Positions 29,091-38,382 of a stretch of DNA of 64,000 bases are shown in pieces. Made by a program: the position numbers and the translations under genes. Below the pieces are notes generated by a model. The model had not been told where the DNA came from. It made no database searches and saw only the letters and a program-made list of their open reading frames with translations. Position 1 is the first letter of the stretch, and every line of letters starts with the position of its first letter. Origin of the DNA: an uncultured virus (IMG/VR IMGVR_UViG_3300001282_000003) (taxonomy: Duplodnaviria > Heunggongvirae > Uroviricota > Caudoviricetes); IMG/VR virus record IMGVR_UViG_3300001282_000003. The stretch is one strand, 5' to 3'.

Positions 29091-29170
29091 GCGAGTAGAG
29101 TCTAATGCGGCGTGGAAGTCGCGGGCGCCTCTAAAACGTCTAACACCGGGTTCAAATCCTGCTACTCGCA
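29091..29170 (+). tRNA. atypical tRNA with CUA (amber suppressor) anticodon
   Basis: acceptor GCGAGTAG/CTACTCGC, anticodon loop CTCTAAA, T arm CGGG-TTCAAAT-CCTG; CCA not encoded. Confidence 0.75.
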
Positions 29171-29183
29171 CTAATTTTTTATT

Positions 29184-29360
29184 ATGAAATATATTCTTGT
29201 TGCCCTATTATCTATTGCTCTTTTTTCTTGTAAAACACAAAAGACATCTTGTGATGCTTATTCCGTAAATCAAAGTGATACTACTTTTATCACACCCAAT
29301 CATTATCATATAGAGTCAGAATATAAATGTGTTTGGTTGGATACGGCAGTTAGAAAATGA
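29184..29360 (+). CDS. small putative lipoprotein (58 aa)
   Basis: Not in ORF track; MKYILVALLSIALFSC lipobox; ATGA overlap with next gene. Confidence 0.65.
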   Translation: MKYILVALLSIALFSCKTQKTSCDAYSVNQSDTTFITPNHYHIESEYKCVWLDTAVRK

Positions 29361-29647
29361 TAGTTCAAACTAAATTTCTTTGTAAAACAGGTAGCAGAAC
29401 CGCACCGAGAGGTCCACTTGATGGTATTAAATGGCAAGATAGATTCATTGAAGATAAGTGGTATGATGGTGAGTATGAAACTTGGTCTTGGGAAGATGGC
29501 TATAGAATAAATAGTGGATGGAGAAGATATTGGGTTATAAATGAACAAGGTGAGAAAGAAGAAATATCAAAACCAATGTTCAGATTACTTTTTGAAACTG
29601 ATACACAACAATTAAGAGATAGAAAAATAGAAGACTTAATAAAATAA
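29357..29647 (+). CDS. hypothetical protein with C-terminal tag
   Basis: ends LRDRKIEDLIK. Confidence 0.7.
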   Translation: MIVQTKFLCKTGSRTAPRGPLDGIKWQDRFIEDKWYDGEYETWSWEDGYRINSGWRRYWVINEQGEKEEISKPMFRLLFETDTQQLRDRKIEDLIK

Positions 29648-29653
29648 AATAAT

Positions 29654-30055
29654 ATGTACGATAACGAATCAACCAAAGAGAACCAAATTCATGTTTCAAA
29701 TGAGTTTGTTGATATATTCTCAAACTTCAACGTTGTAACACAAGTTGAAAAAATGAAACAACTTACTAAGCGTGAGTTGTATTTACTTCTAACCGTTTGC
29801 TTAGATAAATTCTCTGATGAAGATCCTGTTGTTAAACACAACTTACTTCCTTTCAAAGAAGAAATTATGAATATCTTTGATGTTCAAGATGATAAAGATG
29901 CTATTGACTCAGTGCTGATTGATTTAATCACTGAATCTGGTGATAAATACATTGAAACTGATAACATCGTTTATAATGACGACCAAAAGTTACCAGAGCC
30001 TTTAACCAAAGACCAAGTTCGTGATGCTAAAATTAATATCATCAACGAGAACTAA
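29654..30055 (+). CDS. hypothetical protein with C-terminal tag
   Basis: ends VRDAKINIINEN. Confidence 0.7.
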   Translation: MYDNESTKENQIHVSNEFVDIFSNFNVVTQVEKMKQLTKRELYLLLTVCLDKFSDEDPVVKHNLLPFKEEIMNIFDVQDDKDAIDSVLIDLITESGDKYIETDNIVYNDDQKLPEPLTKDQVRDAKINIINEN

Positions 30056-30098
30056 TTCTAAATTATTTTTACTATATTTGTAATCTAAATAAAAATTC

Positions 30099-31898
30099 AT
30101 GGAAGAAACATTAAATACTGAACAAGAAGTGAAACAACCTGTAATTGGTGAGTTCAAACCTAAGCGCAAGTTCTTAAACTTTGTATCGGCTGTAAACGGA
30201 GCAAGAATTCGTTTCATCCGTGATATCGCATTTGTAAAAGGCGAGAAACTATCTGGCACCTTAGAAGGTGTCGTTTTCAAAATCACAATCTGTGATGAAG
30301 GTACAATTAACTTTGAAGAAGTTGATACTACTGTAACTGATGCGGCTCAACGTAAACGTCTTATTGATGATATTGATTCAACTGATGTTACAGGTTACGC
30401 TCAGAAATTTGTAGTTGCTGGTATTCAGTTTGCTGATGTTAATGGTGACCTTTGCTATCTTGAAGTAGAACAAATGAAACCAATTGATAAATTGAAATCT
30501 ATCTTTGACGATGAAGAAACTCCTTCTTTGTCTAATAAAGGTATGAGTTTTCTTGATGATTTACTAAGTGGTTCTAATGAAGTTGAAACATTAGAATTGT
30601 CTGAAAAAGATGCTGAGATTTTTGTTGAAGCTATTGAAAATCCACCATCACCAAATGAAAAATTAATCAAAGCTTCTGAGTCTTATTTGGAACAACAATT
30701 CCGTAAGATGAATGAAGATAAAATTAATGAGTTAAAAAACCGCATTGAGGATGCTGAGAAAGAGTCTGCTCGTTTAAGAAGAGAGATCTCTATGAATGAA
30801 ACTAAGTTGAAGAAACAAACAGAAGATTTAGGTGTATTAGAAACTCGTTTAGATAGTTTCAATGCTAATGATGAATCTACGGGTTATGTATTCTTCGTTT
30901 CGGAAGAACAAAAGCCAGAAGAAATTGGATTAACAGAAGATAACAGAGCAATGGCTGATAAGATTGCGGATATCGTTGGTCTTAAAAAAGATGTTCTTTT
31001 CAAAATGTTAACAGAAGGTCACTACAAAATTCGTATTGCTGAGAAATCAGATATGACTGCTGAGAAAGTAAAAGTTACTAATGATATCTTAGAAAAGATG
31101 AAGGCTTTGGTTAATGGTGATAGTTCACTTGAAGCTAAAGTAACTATGACTGAACCAGGTCAGTTTGAGTATCGTGGTAGTATGACTTGGCATCAAATTG
31201 TTGGTAAGATGATTCGTAAAGGATTTGAACAAGAGCCAGAGTTTGATAAGATTTGTCAATCTAACTCTTACGATTCTAAAGAAGAGGTTAAAGATGAAAT
31301 GTCTGATATGAAATCAGACATTCAAAAAATGGCTGATGGTTTAGGTCTTGGTAAAGTTGATTTTGGTAAAGACGGAATTTCAGTAGAAGGTGAGACAAAA
31401 ACACCTTCAATTGAGATTAAATCAAAAACTGTAAGAACATACAAAGAAGAAACTACATTAGTAGTTGTAGGTACAATCGACCACGAGGATAACCGTGATG
31501 TTGAAATCACTGACGACTATACCGGATTTGAAGTTTATGTTGGTAATAAAAAGATGAAGGGTGGTTATGAGTCCGATGGATTTATTTCAATTATGACTTT
31601 AACAGAGTTTGCTAAATGGCAAAAACAATACCCAGATGCTATGACTGATGGTGGTGGTATAGGTTCATTCTTATTACCTAACTTCAAAGGAACTATTGGA
31701 GTAACTGCTATGTATGATGTAGGTGAATTCACAAATGAATTTGATTTGGATGATTACATTCTACACCAAGATGGAATGGAAGATGCTTATGTGTCCTTGA
31801 CTCTACCAGAAGGAACTCAAATTATGAAGATGGATGATTATCATCAAGTTCCAGTTGCCGCAATGAGAGATATTAAAATCAATAAAATAATTAAGTAA
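30099..31898 (+). CDS. large hypothetical protein with central coiled coil and C-terminal tag
   Basis: behind TATATTTG 30073-30080; ends MRDIKINKIIK. Confidence 0.75.
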   Translation: MEETLNTEQEVKQPVIGEFKPKRKFLNFVSAVNGARIRFIRDIAFVKGEKLSGTLEGVVFKITICDEGTINFEEVDTTVTDAAQRKRLIDDIDSTDVTGYAQKFVVAGIQFADVNGDLCYLEVEQMKPIDKLKSIFDDEETPSLSNKGMSFLDDLLSGSNEVETLELSEKDAEIFVEAIENPPSPNEKLIKASESYLEQQFRKMNEDKINELKNRIEDAEKESARLRREISMNETKLKKQTEDLGVLETRLDSFNANDESTGYVFFVSEEQKPEEIGLTEDNRAMADKIADIVGLKKDVLFKMLTEGHYKIRIAEKSDMTAEKVKVTNDILEKMKALVNGDSSLEAKVTMTEPGQFEYRGSMTWHQIVGKMIRKGFEQEPEFDKICQSNSYDSKEEVKDEMSDMKSDIQKMADGLGLGKVDFGKDGISVEGETKTPSIEIKSKTVRTYKEETTLVVVGTIDHEDNRDVEITDDYTGFEVYVGNKKMKGGYESDGFISIMTLTEFAKWQKQYPDAMTDGGGIGSFLLPNFKGTIGVTAMYDVGEFTNEFDLDDYILHQDGMEDAYVSLTLPEGTQIMKMDDYHQVPVAAMRDIKINKIIK

Positions 31899-32368
31899 TG
31901 ACTAATATAAAGAAATTAAAGTACAAGTATTTACGTCTAAGAGTTAAATGGCGTAATTTTAGAAATTCGATCGATGATAAAATGGTCGCTGAGAAATCTA
32001 AACTAACCCCATATGAAGAAAAAGCCATTAGACTTTGGAAGATTCTTCTAAGAGACGAAGACACTAAAATGTCGTATAATACTTACGGTGTTCGTCAAAT
32101 TGAAAAGAATAATGTATTTATGACTTTTCAATCTGGCGGTAATAACGATTATATAATGACACTTATTGACATCACTGATGAAAGAAGAAGTTTATATGAG
32201 TTACATATTCCACTTAAACACGCTGATGTTGTATCAGATCACTTTGACTATGAGTTAGAGAAAAGAATGAAAAGAGCTGAGACTAATAAAAGAGCAATTA
32301 TTGAAACAGATATTGATAAGTTATTAGAACAAGAAGAGAAAATTCTTTTAAGTAGAATAAAGAAATAA
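31898..32368 (+). CDS. hypothetical protein
   Basis: 156 aa ORF coupled to upstream stop (TAATG). Confidence 0.7.
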   Translation: MTNIKKLKYKYLRLRVKWRNFRNSIDDKMVAEKSKLTPYEEKAIRLWKILLRDEDTKMSYNTYGVRQIEKNNVFMTFQSGGNNDYIMTLIDITDERRSLYELHIPLKHADVVSDHFDYELEKRMKRAETNKRAIIETDIDKLLEQEEKILLSRIKK

Positions 32369-32421
32369 TTTGCCAATTAAAAATAAATACATATCTTTGT
32401 AAAAAGAAATAAATAATAACT

Positions 32422-33987
32422 ATGGTATTAAAGAATATACACGAAAAACTATTATCAGGTATCCAGACGATGTTGATTGATACTAAGATTAACCTACCTT
32501 ACTACGGTGAGTTTAACTTACATATTAACTTCATAGAGCAAGACTCTGTTGGTACTTGTGGTGTCAACGTATCGTCTAAGGGTATGAACTTTTTCTACTC
32601 TCCAAAGTTCTTGGAAGATATGTCACAAAAAGAAGTGAATTTCATTACTCTTCACGAGGATTTCCACTTATTGTTTAATCACCCAAAACGTACAGTTACT
32701 GGTCAATACGACCATAAGATGTCTAACATCGCCCAAGATATGATTATCAATCACGTTATCTGGGAAGATATTCCACACGCTTTCGTTGAAATTCCTAAGA
32801 ACAAAGATGGTAAGAATATGGCTTTATTCGTTCCGAAAGAGTACACTGGTAAACTTATCTTTGAAGAGTTGTACGAGTGGTTGAAAGACGAGAAAGAAAA
32901 ATGGCAGAAAGAGCAAAAGAAAAACTCTGAATGTAAATCTTGTGGTGGTTCTGGTAAGAAAGACCAAGGTCAAGGTCAACAAGACCAAAAACAAAAAGGT
33001 CAAGGTCAACAACCAGGTGATGGTCAAGGCGAAGGCGAGAAACAAGAAGGTCAAGGCAAAGGTCAACAACCAGGCGAAGGTCAAGGTCAAGGTGAAAGCC
33101 AAGACAAACAAGACGGTCAAGGAAAAGGCGAAGGTCAAGGTCAACAAGGTGGTGGTTCTGGTGAAGGTGAAAGTTGTCCAGACTGTCAAGGTACTGGTAA
33201 CGAAGGTGGTAAAGACTCAAGTGGTAAACCATCTTACGGACCTTACGGAAAGAACCCATCTAAAGATGGTGAGTCTTTAGATACTTGGTCTAAAGAGCAA
33301 ATCTTCCAAGATATGGAAAATGGTAACGGAGAATACATGGACAAACACATGGGAGACGATGTTCCAGAAGAAATGCGTGAAGCAATGGTTAAAGACGTTA
33401 TGGAGCGTTTAGCGGCTCGTGGTTTATCTGCGGGTAATGTTGAGACTACTCTTAACAAACTTCGTAAGAAACGTAAAGATTATCTTCGTGAAATCAAACG
33501 TGCTGTATCAAATATGATTTTCGGTACTGTAAAACAAAAAACGATTGTTAAACCTAACCGTAGACAAATCGCTGGTTTGAAAGGTAACCGTAAAGTTAAA
33601 AACAAAATCAATTGTATCTTAGATACATCTGGTTCAATGGGTGGTACTTTTGAAAGAGTTCTTTCTTACATCTACCGTAATGATATTGAAATCAACTTGA
33701 TTGAGGCTGATACTGAAGTTAAGTGGATTGAGAACATCAAGAACAAACGCAAGTTGGAAACAATGGTGATTAAAGGTCTTGGTGGTACTATCTTACAACC
33801 TGCTATCGACTTGGTAGCTGACCAGTTCAATGAGTTCAACACTGTTGTCTTAACAGACGGATATTGTGACTCTCTTGACTTGTCAAAAATCAAAGGCAAA
33901 GTATTAATGGTTTCAATTGGAGTGAAAGTTCCAATCTCAAGAAGTAATGGTAAGGTAAAACAAATTATGGTTGAGAAAGAAAGCTAA
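32422..33987 (+). CDS. VWA-domain protein with putative metallopeptidase domain (DUF2201-like)
   Basis: HEDFH (HExxH), NIAQDMIIN, DTSGSM MIDAS, GGT, LTDG; Gly/Gln linker bracketed by CKSCGGSG and CPDCQGTG. Confidence 0.88.
   Translation: MVLKNIHEKLLSGIQTMLIDTKINLPYYGEFNLHINFIEQDSVGTCGVNVSSKGMNFFYSPKFLEDMSQKEVNFITLHEDFHLLFNHPKRTVTGQYDHKMSNIAQDMIINHVIWEDIPHAFVEIPKNKDGKNMALFVPKEYTGKLIFEELYEWLKDEKEKWQKEQKKNSECKSCGGSGKKDQGQGQQDQKQKGQGQQPGDGQGEGEKQEGQGKGQQPGEGQGQGESQDKQDGQGKGEGQGQQGGGSGEGESCPDCQGTGNEGGKDSSGKPSYGPYGKNPSKDGESLDTWSKEQIFQDMENGNGEYMDKHMGDDVPEEMREAMVKDVMERLAARGLSAGNVETTLNKLRKKRKDYLREIKRAVSNMIFGTVKQKTIVKPNRRQIAGLKGNRKVKNKINCILDTSGSMGGTFERVLSYIYRNDIEINLIEADTEVKWIENIKNKRKLETMVIKGLGGTILQPAIDLVADQFNEFNTVVLTDGYCDSLDLSKIKGKVLMVSIGVKVPISRSNGKVKQIMVEKES
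32963..33170 (+). repeat. low-complexity GGTCAA/GGCGAA coding repeat (GQGQ linker)
   Basis: tandem imperfect CAAGGT units within the VWA gene. Confidence 0.7.
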
Positions 33988-34013
33988 AAAAGAGTCCCGA
34001 AAGGGACTTTTTT
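33986..34013 (+). terminator. intrinsic terminator
   Basis: AGTCCC-GAAA-GGGACT followed by T run. Confidence 0.85.
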
Positions 34014-34042
34014 ATTTTAAAAACTTTCCGTATATTTGTCAA

Positions 34043-34309
34043 ATGACTGAATGTGATATTTGGATAAAAGTATTTGATAAATTGGGATTTAAGTTTATAG
34101 AAGAATATTCCTCTCAAAGTAAGATAAACTTTTTAGTTTATCGCAATGATGATGGTGACTATAACTTATACTTTAATAGAGAAACCGATGAAGTTTTATC
34201 TTTATTTATCAGAAATAGTAAAACTGAAAATCAAACTACTAAACAGTTATTTATAGAAGAAAATAAAAATCTATTCAGGGATGTAAAACTTGAATTAATG
34301 AATATATAA
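34043..34309 (+). CDS. hypothetical protein with C-terminal tag
   Basis: start reassigned to ATG behind TATATTTG 34031-34038; ends FRDVKLELMNI. Confidence 0.65.
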   Translation: MTECDIWIKVFDKLGFKFIEEYSSQSKINFLVYRNDDGDYNLYFNRETDEVLSLFIRNSKTENQTTKQLFIEENKNLFRDVKLELMNI

Positions 34310-34313
34310 TAAG

Positions 34314-34877
34314 ATGAAAGTAATATTTTTAGATAATGATGGTGTTGTTTGCTTGTCTACCGAATGGGGTGGACGAGGCAAAAAGAAATCTAAGTACTTG
34401 AAAGAATTTCCAGGTACTGAAGATACTATGCCTGCTTGGGTAAAAATGGATAACTTCAATGATAAAGCTGTTAAGATTCTTAATTCAATCTTATTAGAAA
34501 CTGATGCTGAAATTGTTGTTAGTTCTGATTGGAAGTTATATTGTACTTTAGATGAACTAAAAGAAATGTTTACTAAGTATGGTGTTATCAAACAACCAAT
34601 TGATACTACTCCTAGTATTCCTTTGAAGTATGATAAAAACTATTACACTGCTGGAGAATTAGCTGACTATAGAATAAGTGAAGTTAATAAGTGGTTAAAA
34701 GAACATCCAGAAGTAACTCACTGGGTTGCTGTTGATGATTTGCCTTTAGGTGAATTATATGGTCCAATCTCTGGTAACTTTCTTGGTGGTTTGAAGAACT
34801 TTGTCTTAACACCAAAGAGTTCCGAAGGTATTAAACAAAGTGGCATTAAAGAAAAAATATTAAAATTCTTACTGTGA
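34314..34877 (+). CDS. HAD-superfamily phosphatase (Swiss-army-knife RNA-repair type)
   Basis: IFLDNDGV, IVVSSDW, WVAVDD motifs. Confidence 0.82.
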   Translation: MKVIFLDNDGVVCLSTEWGGRGKKKSKYLKEFPGTEDTMPAWVKMDNFNDKAVKILNSILLETDAEIVVSSDWKLYCTLDELKEMFTKYGVIKQPIDTTPSIPLKYDKNYYTAGELADYRISEVNKWLKEHPEVTHWVAVDDLPLGELYGPISGNFLGGLKNFVLTPKSSEGIKQSGIKEKILKFLL

Positions 34878-35341
34878 TATACAGATTAGATTTCGGCAAT
34901 CTTTATGAGTGGAATAATTGTAATTCTGCTAACTCTAAGTTACTTGAAATGGTTCATAACTTAGTGCTAGATTCTTTATTACTATATCGTTACAAGGTTA
35001 AGAAATCTATTGTTAATAGGTATGGTGTTAGTGATCCTGAAAAGATTAACTTTGATTTGATTAAACATAAATCAATTATTGTTTATCATTTAGATATCTA
35101 CAAAGAAAAGCCTACTTTAATAAATGATTTAATTAAATTCTGCTTAAAAACAGATAGAGATTTGTTTATACCTACCCAAAGAGAAAGATACTGGGGTAAA
35201 GATGATGTTTATAGAAAAAAACACGAGTATAGATTTGATATAGCACTTGAGTTAGACACTTATGATTATCAATACTATGATATGAATAAAGATAGCTCTT
35301 TAGTACAATTAAAAAGAGAGCTAATAATTAGCTCTCTTTAA
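34874..35341 (+). CDS. hypothetical protein with C-terminal tag variant
   Basis: GTG start overlapping previous stop; ends LKRELIISSL. Confidence 0.6.
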   Translation: MIYRLDFGNLYEWNNCNSANSKLLEMVHNLVLDSLLLYRYKVKKSIVNRYGVSDPEKINFDLIKHKSIIVYHLDIYKEKPTLINDLIKFCLKTDRDLFIPTQRERYWGKDDVYRKKHEYRFDIALELDTYDYQYYDMNKDSSLVQLKRELIISSL

Positions 35342-36757
35342 TTAAAATTTTATGTACCAAGCTTTAACTGGTATACCTAGTTGTAAAGCTACTGTAGTTC
35401 TTTTATGACCACCAACTAAATGATATGGTTTACCTTCTGTATTTTTCAAGTTGATTATAAATGGTGCTGGTTTAGATATTGATTTTTCTTTAACTAATTC
35501 ATCATAAGTAAATAGGTATCTTTCCATATCTTTTGAATTTGGTGCTAAATCAGTTTTTAATCTACTTCTTAAATCCTCTATACCTTCTACTCCTGATTTG
35601 AAAGATATTTTACTTTTAAAACCTCCTTTACCAGAGTTAGGACCAAATACTTGAGTTAAATCACCCATATTACCAGTTTTTTTAACTTCATCTAAAGACC
35701 AGTCTTGTAGTTTACCTGATTTGATTAGGTTAAATACCTCTTTCTTAATATCTGCTGGTGTATTTTCTTTAAAACTTTCCATATCAGCACCTAAACCAAT
35801 TTGGTCTGGATTTTTACCTACAACTAAACCTCTGATTTCTTCTTTATCAGTAGTTTCTTTCTTTAAGTATTTAGATACAATATAATGATATACACTTGGT
35901 AGTTTAGAATAAACTTTATCAAAGTTATCTTTAATAAAGAATAATTCTATATTATTAAGTAATTCATGCATTTCTTGATTAATCAATTCATCAGTTGGAC
36001 CTTGCCAAGTTATTGAATACTTTTCATTAAAATTCTCATAAAACTTTAAATATTTCATTTTATAATTGAATGACTCAGCTACCGAACCTTTTGAATTTTC
36101 AATAACTTCTTTACTTGTAGTTGTAAAGTAATAACCTTGTTTCATAAAGTCATTTCTATTAGCAACTTCAGCACCATTTTTACCTGGAAAAGCTGTCATA
36201 ACAGAAAGAACTGATTTATCTCCTATTTTACCAAGTTTAGCACCAATGAAACTCAAGAAAGTAGTTTTTTCACCTTCACCTTCTTTTACTTTAATATTAA
36301 ATTCATTACCTCTTGAATCTTTATAAGTATAAACATTCATTGATTTGAATTCATCAGCATTTGGTTCTAATTTATGAACATTCTCAACACCAACATTTGT
36401 TTTAGAGTCTAAACCTAACCATTTGAACTTTTCAGCTTCTTCTGGATTAGTTACTTTAGATTCACTTGGTCCAAAACCTTTTGTCATTTCAGTTGGTTTA
36501 TTATTTGAAACTAAACCAATAATTGCTTTTTTCAAATCAACTCCTTTTTCAAATTTAGAACCAGGAATTGTCTCATCAACGTGAGCATCTGTGATGTGTG
36601 TTAAATCACCAAGTAGAAGAATAAAATCACCAGCTTCAAATACTGTTGAGTTGTCAGCTTTTACTTTACCTTTTAAAAATTGATTATTATCAATCATACT
36701 TTGTATTTCTTGATAAAGTGTTTCATTTAAGTCTTCAAACATTTTTAAGTGTTTCAT
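35342..36757 (-). CDS. putative internal virion protein; two capsid-targeting-like motifs, C-terminal ParB/Srx-like motif
   Basis: MKHLKMFEDLNE at start, internal MKYLKFYENFNE, C-terminal YHLVGGHKR. Confidence 0.65.
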   Translation of the reverse strand: MKHLKMFEDLNETLYQEIQSMIDNNQFLKGKVKADNSTVFEAGDFILLLGDLTHITDAHVDETIPGSKFEKGVDLKKAIIGLVSNNKPTEMTKGFGPSESKVTNPEEAEKFKWLGLDSKTNVGVENVHKLEPNADEFKSMNVYTYKDSRGNEFNIKVKEGEGEKTTFLSFIGAKLGKIGDKSVLSVMTAFPGKNGAEVANRNDFMKQGYYFTTTSKEVIENSKGSVAESFNYKMKYLKFYENFNEKYSITWQGPTDELINQEMHELLNNIELFFIKDNFDKVYSKLPSVYHYIVSKYLKKETTDKEEIRGLVVGKNPDQIGLGADMESFKENTPADIKKEVFNLIKSGKLQDWSLDEVKKTGNMGDLTQVFGPNSGKGGFKSKISFKSGVEGIEDLRSRLKTDLAPNSKDMERYLFTYDELVKEKSISKPAPFIINLKNTEGKPYHLVGGHKRTTVALQLGIPVKAWYIKF

Positions 36758-36758
36758 A

Positions 36759-37013
36759 TTAAAATTCTATTTTTTCAACGTCATTTAAATCGACATTGTA
36801 TTGTTTTCCATCAATCTCAACGGTGATTAAGCCATCTTGATCAATATCAATCGGAGTTATACCTTCTTCAGGTTTATTTTCAGGGAAATCATGAACAATA
36901 GTTGAATAAATAAGACCTCTATTTTTTATACACTTGATAATATCATCTTGTGTTATAAGAGTTCCTTCCTCATTATTCTTCTTAAAATCCTCAAAAAGTT
37001 TCATCCATTTCAT
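36759..37013 (-). CDS. small protein with N-terminal capsid-targeting-like motif
   Basis: starts MKWMKLFEDF behind AATATATA (37019-37026). Confidence 0.65.
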   Translation of the reverse strand: MKWMKLFEDFKKNNEEGTLITQDDIIKCIKNRGLIYSTIVHDFPENKPEEGITPIDIDQDGLITVEIDGKQYNVDLNDVEKIEF

Positions 37014-37059
37014 GAATTTATATATTAAAAATAATATATACATAAAATTACTTTATAAA

Positions 37060-38364
37060 ATGGCAGTAAGATGGAAAGGTGGGTGGTCCGGCTCCGGTTC
37101 ACCTGAAACTAGTTTAATCACATATTATAACGGTGATTCTGTTTTATATGAAAACATAACATACACCGTCCAAACAAATGTATTGAGTGTACCTATTGGT
37201 TCACCTCCCCCACCAAGTGACATGGCTAATTGGGATGTTCTTGTTGCTGGTGGATCTGATGGTACTTCTGGATCTTCCGGTACAAGTGGATTATCAGGAT
37301 CAAGTGGAACTTCAGGTTCTTCCGGATCAAGTGGCTCTGCTGGTACAAGTGGTTCATCTGGGTCTTCTGGTGCTTCAGGGTCAAGTGGTACTTCTGGATC
37401 TTCAGGTATTTCAGGTTTTAAAGATAACGATTGGTTATCCTTAATCCCCACTAGCGGAAGCATAGCTACTACGGGTAATGTGTTTGTTTTAAGTGGGACT
37501 ACGACCTCGTATGGTGAGGTCTCCTATAACAATTCCACAGGAATAATTACCCTAGCATCCAATAAGACTTATAATATAAGAGCATCATTATCACTTGCTA
37601 ATGATGTGCTCAATGCCGAAGTTCAATATCAATGGATAAATGTAACATCAGGTAATACTACGATAGGAAATTCAGGAGGAGTTTTAGTAGTTTCCAGCAC
37701 AGCAACAGCAGCTTGGCAACCTGTCGCAGAAGCTATCATTACAACATCTGCTTCAACTCAAATTGCTTTAAAATCAAACTTTAGTAATTCATCCGGAAGT
37801 TTAAACTTTTACATGTGTTACTTTTTAGTCCAAGAGATATACGGATATTCAGGATCGAGTGGATCATCTGGTACTTCTGGATCATCTGGTACATCAGCAC
37901 CTGGTATAACATCTGGATCTTCTGGTACTTCAGGATCTTCTGGTTCATCAGGTAGTTCTGGAACAAGTGGTTCTTCGGGTACATCAGGATTGAGTGGTAA
38001 TGTACCAGTCACGGGAAGTTGGACTTTATCTACAGGTGCCAATACTGTTAGTTTTACAGTTCCCAGTGCGAATTCATATGTTATGTGGGTGAACGGAAAT
38101 ATTCCAAATGGTATTGTTAATTGGAATGCCACGGTAACATTATCAAACTCAAATGTGCCAGTAATAGGTTCGCAATATGGTTGGTACTATTCAGCAGGAA
38201 ATGCTTTAGTTTTAACATCAATACCAAGTCAAATAGTTGGAACTCTAGGAAGTATTAGTACCTCAATGCCAGCAGTTTCAAATTCAAATACATTTACATT
38301 TGGTATAACAAATAACAGTGTTACATCACAAACAGTTTATTACGGATATATTAAAGTAAGTTAG
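37060..38364 (+). CDS. collagen-like (Gly-Ser/Thr-Ser repeat) structural or fibre protein
   Basis: start MAVRWKGGW behind AATATATA 37033-37040; two blocks of GTSGSS triplets separating beta-rich domains. Confidence 0.7.
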   Translation: MAVRWKGGWSGSGSPETSLITYYNGDSVLYENITYTVQTNVLSVPIGSPPPPSDMANWDVLVAGGSDGTSGSSGTSGLSGSSGTSGSSGSSGSAGTSGSSGSSGASGSSGTSGSSGISGFKDNDWLSLIPTSGSIATTGNVFVLSGTTTSYGEVSYNNSTGIITLASNKTYNIRASLSLANDVLNAEVQYQWINVTSGNTTIGNSGGVLVVSSTATAAWQPVAEAIITTSASTQIALKSNFSNSSGSLNFYMCYFLVQEIYGYSGSSGSSGTSGSSGTSAPGITSGSSGTSGSSGSSGSSGTSGSSGTSGLSGNVPVTGSWTLSTGANTVSFTVPSANSYVMWVNGNIPNGIVNWNATVTLSNSNVPVIGSQYGWYYSAGNALVLTSIPSQIVGTLGSISTSMPAVSNSNTFTFGITNNSVTSQTVYYGYIKVS

Positions 38365-38382
38365 AAAATTAATATATAACAT

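Noticed and set aside
29171..29183. HDV-like (theta) ribozyme following the suppressor tRNA or the other tRNAs
   Set aside because: The 3' trailers are short AT-rich spacers leading straight to the next gene, with no nested double-pseudoknot sequence.
32824..33458. Alternative-frame ORFs over the GQ repeat, and other antisense or nested ORFs in the track (285, 4120, 5719, 6243, 9236, 10064, 14308, 24125, 37125-38132, 45314, 46460, 48191, 49482 and similar)
   Set aside because: They overlap well-supported genes and are shadows of low-complexity or biased codon use.
37250..37995. CRISPR array or DNA-level tandem repeat
   Set aside because: The repeats are in-frame Gly-Ser codons with synonymous variation; no constant repeat with unique spacers anywhere in the window.
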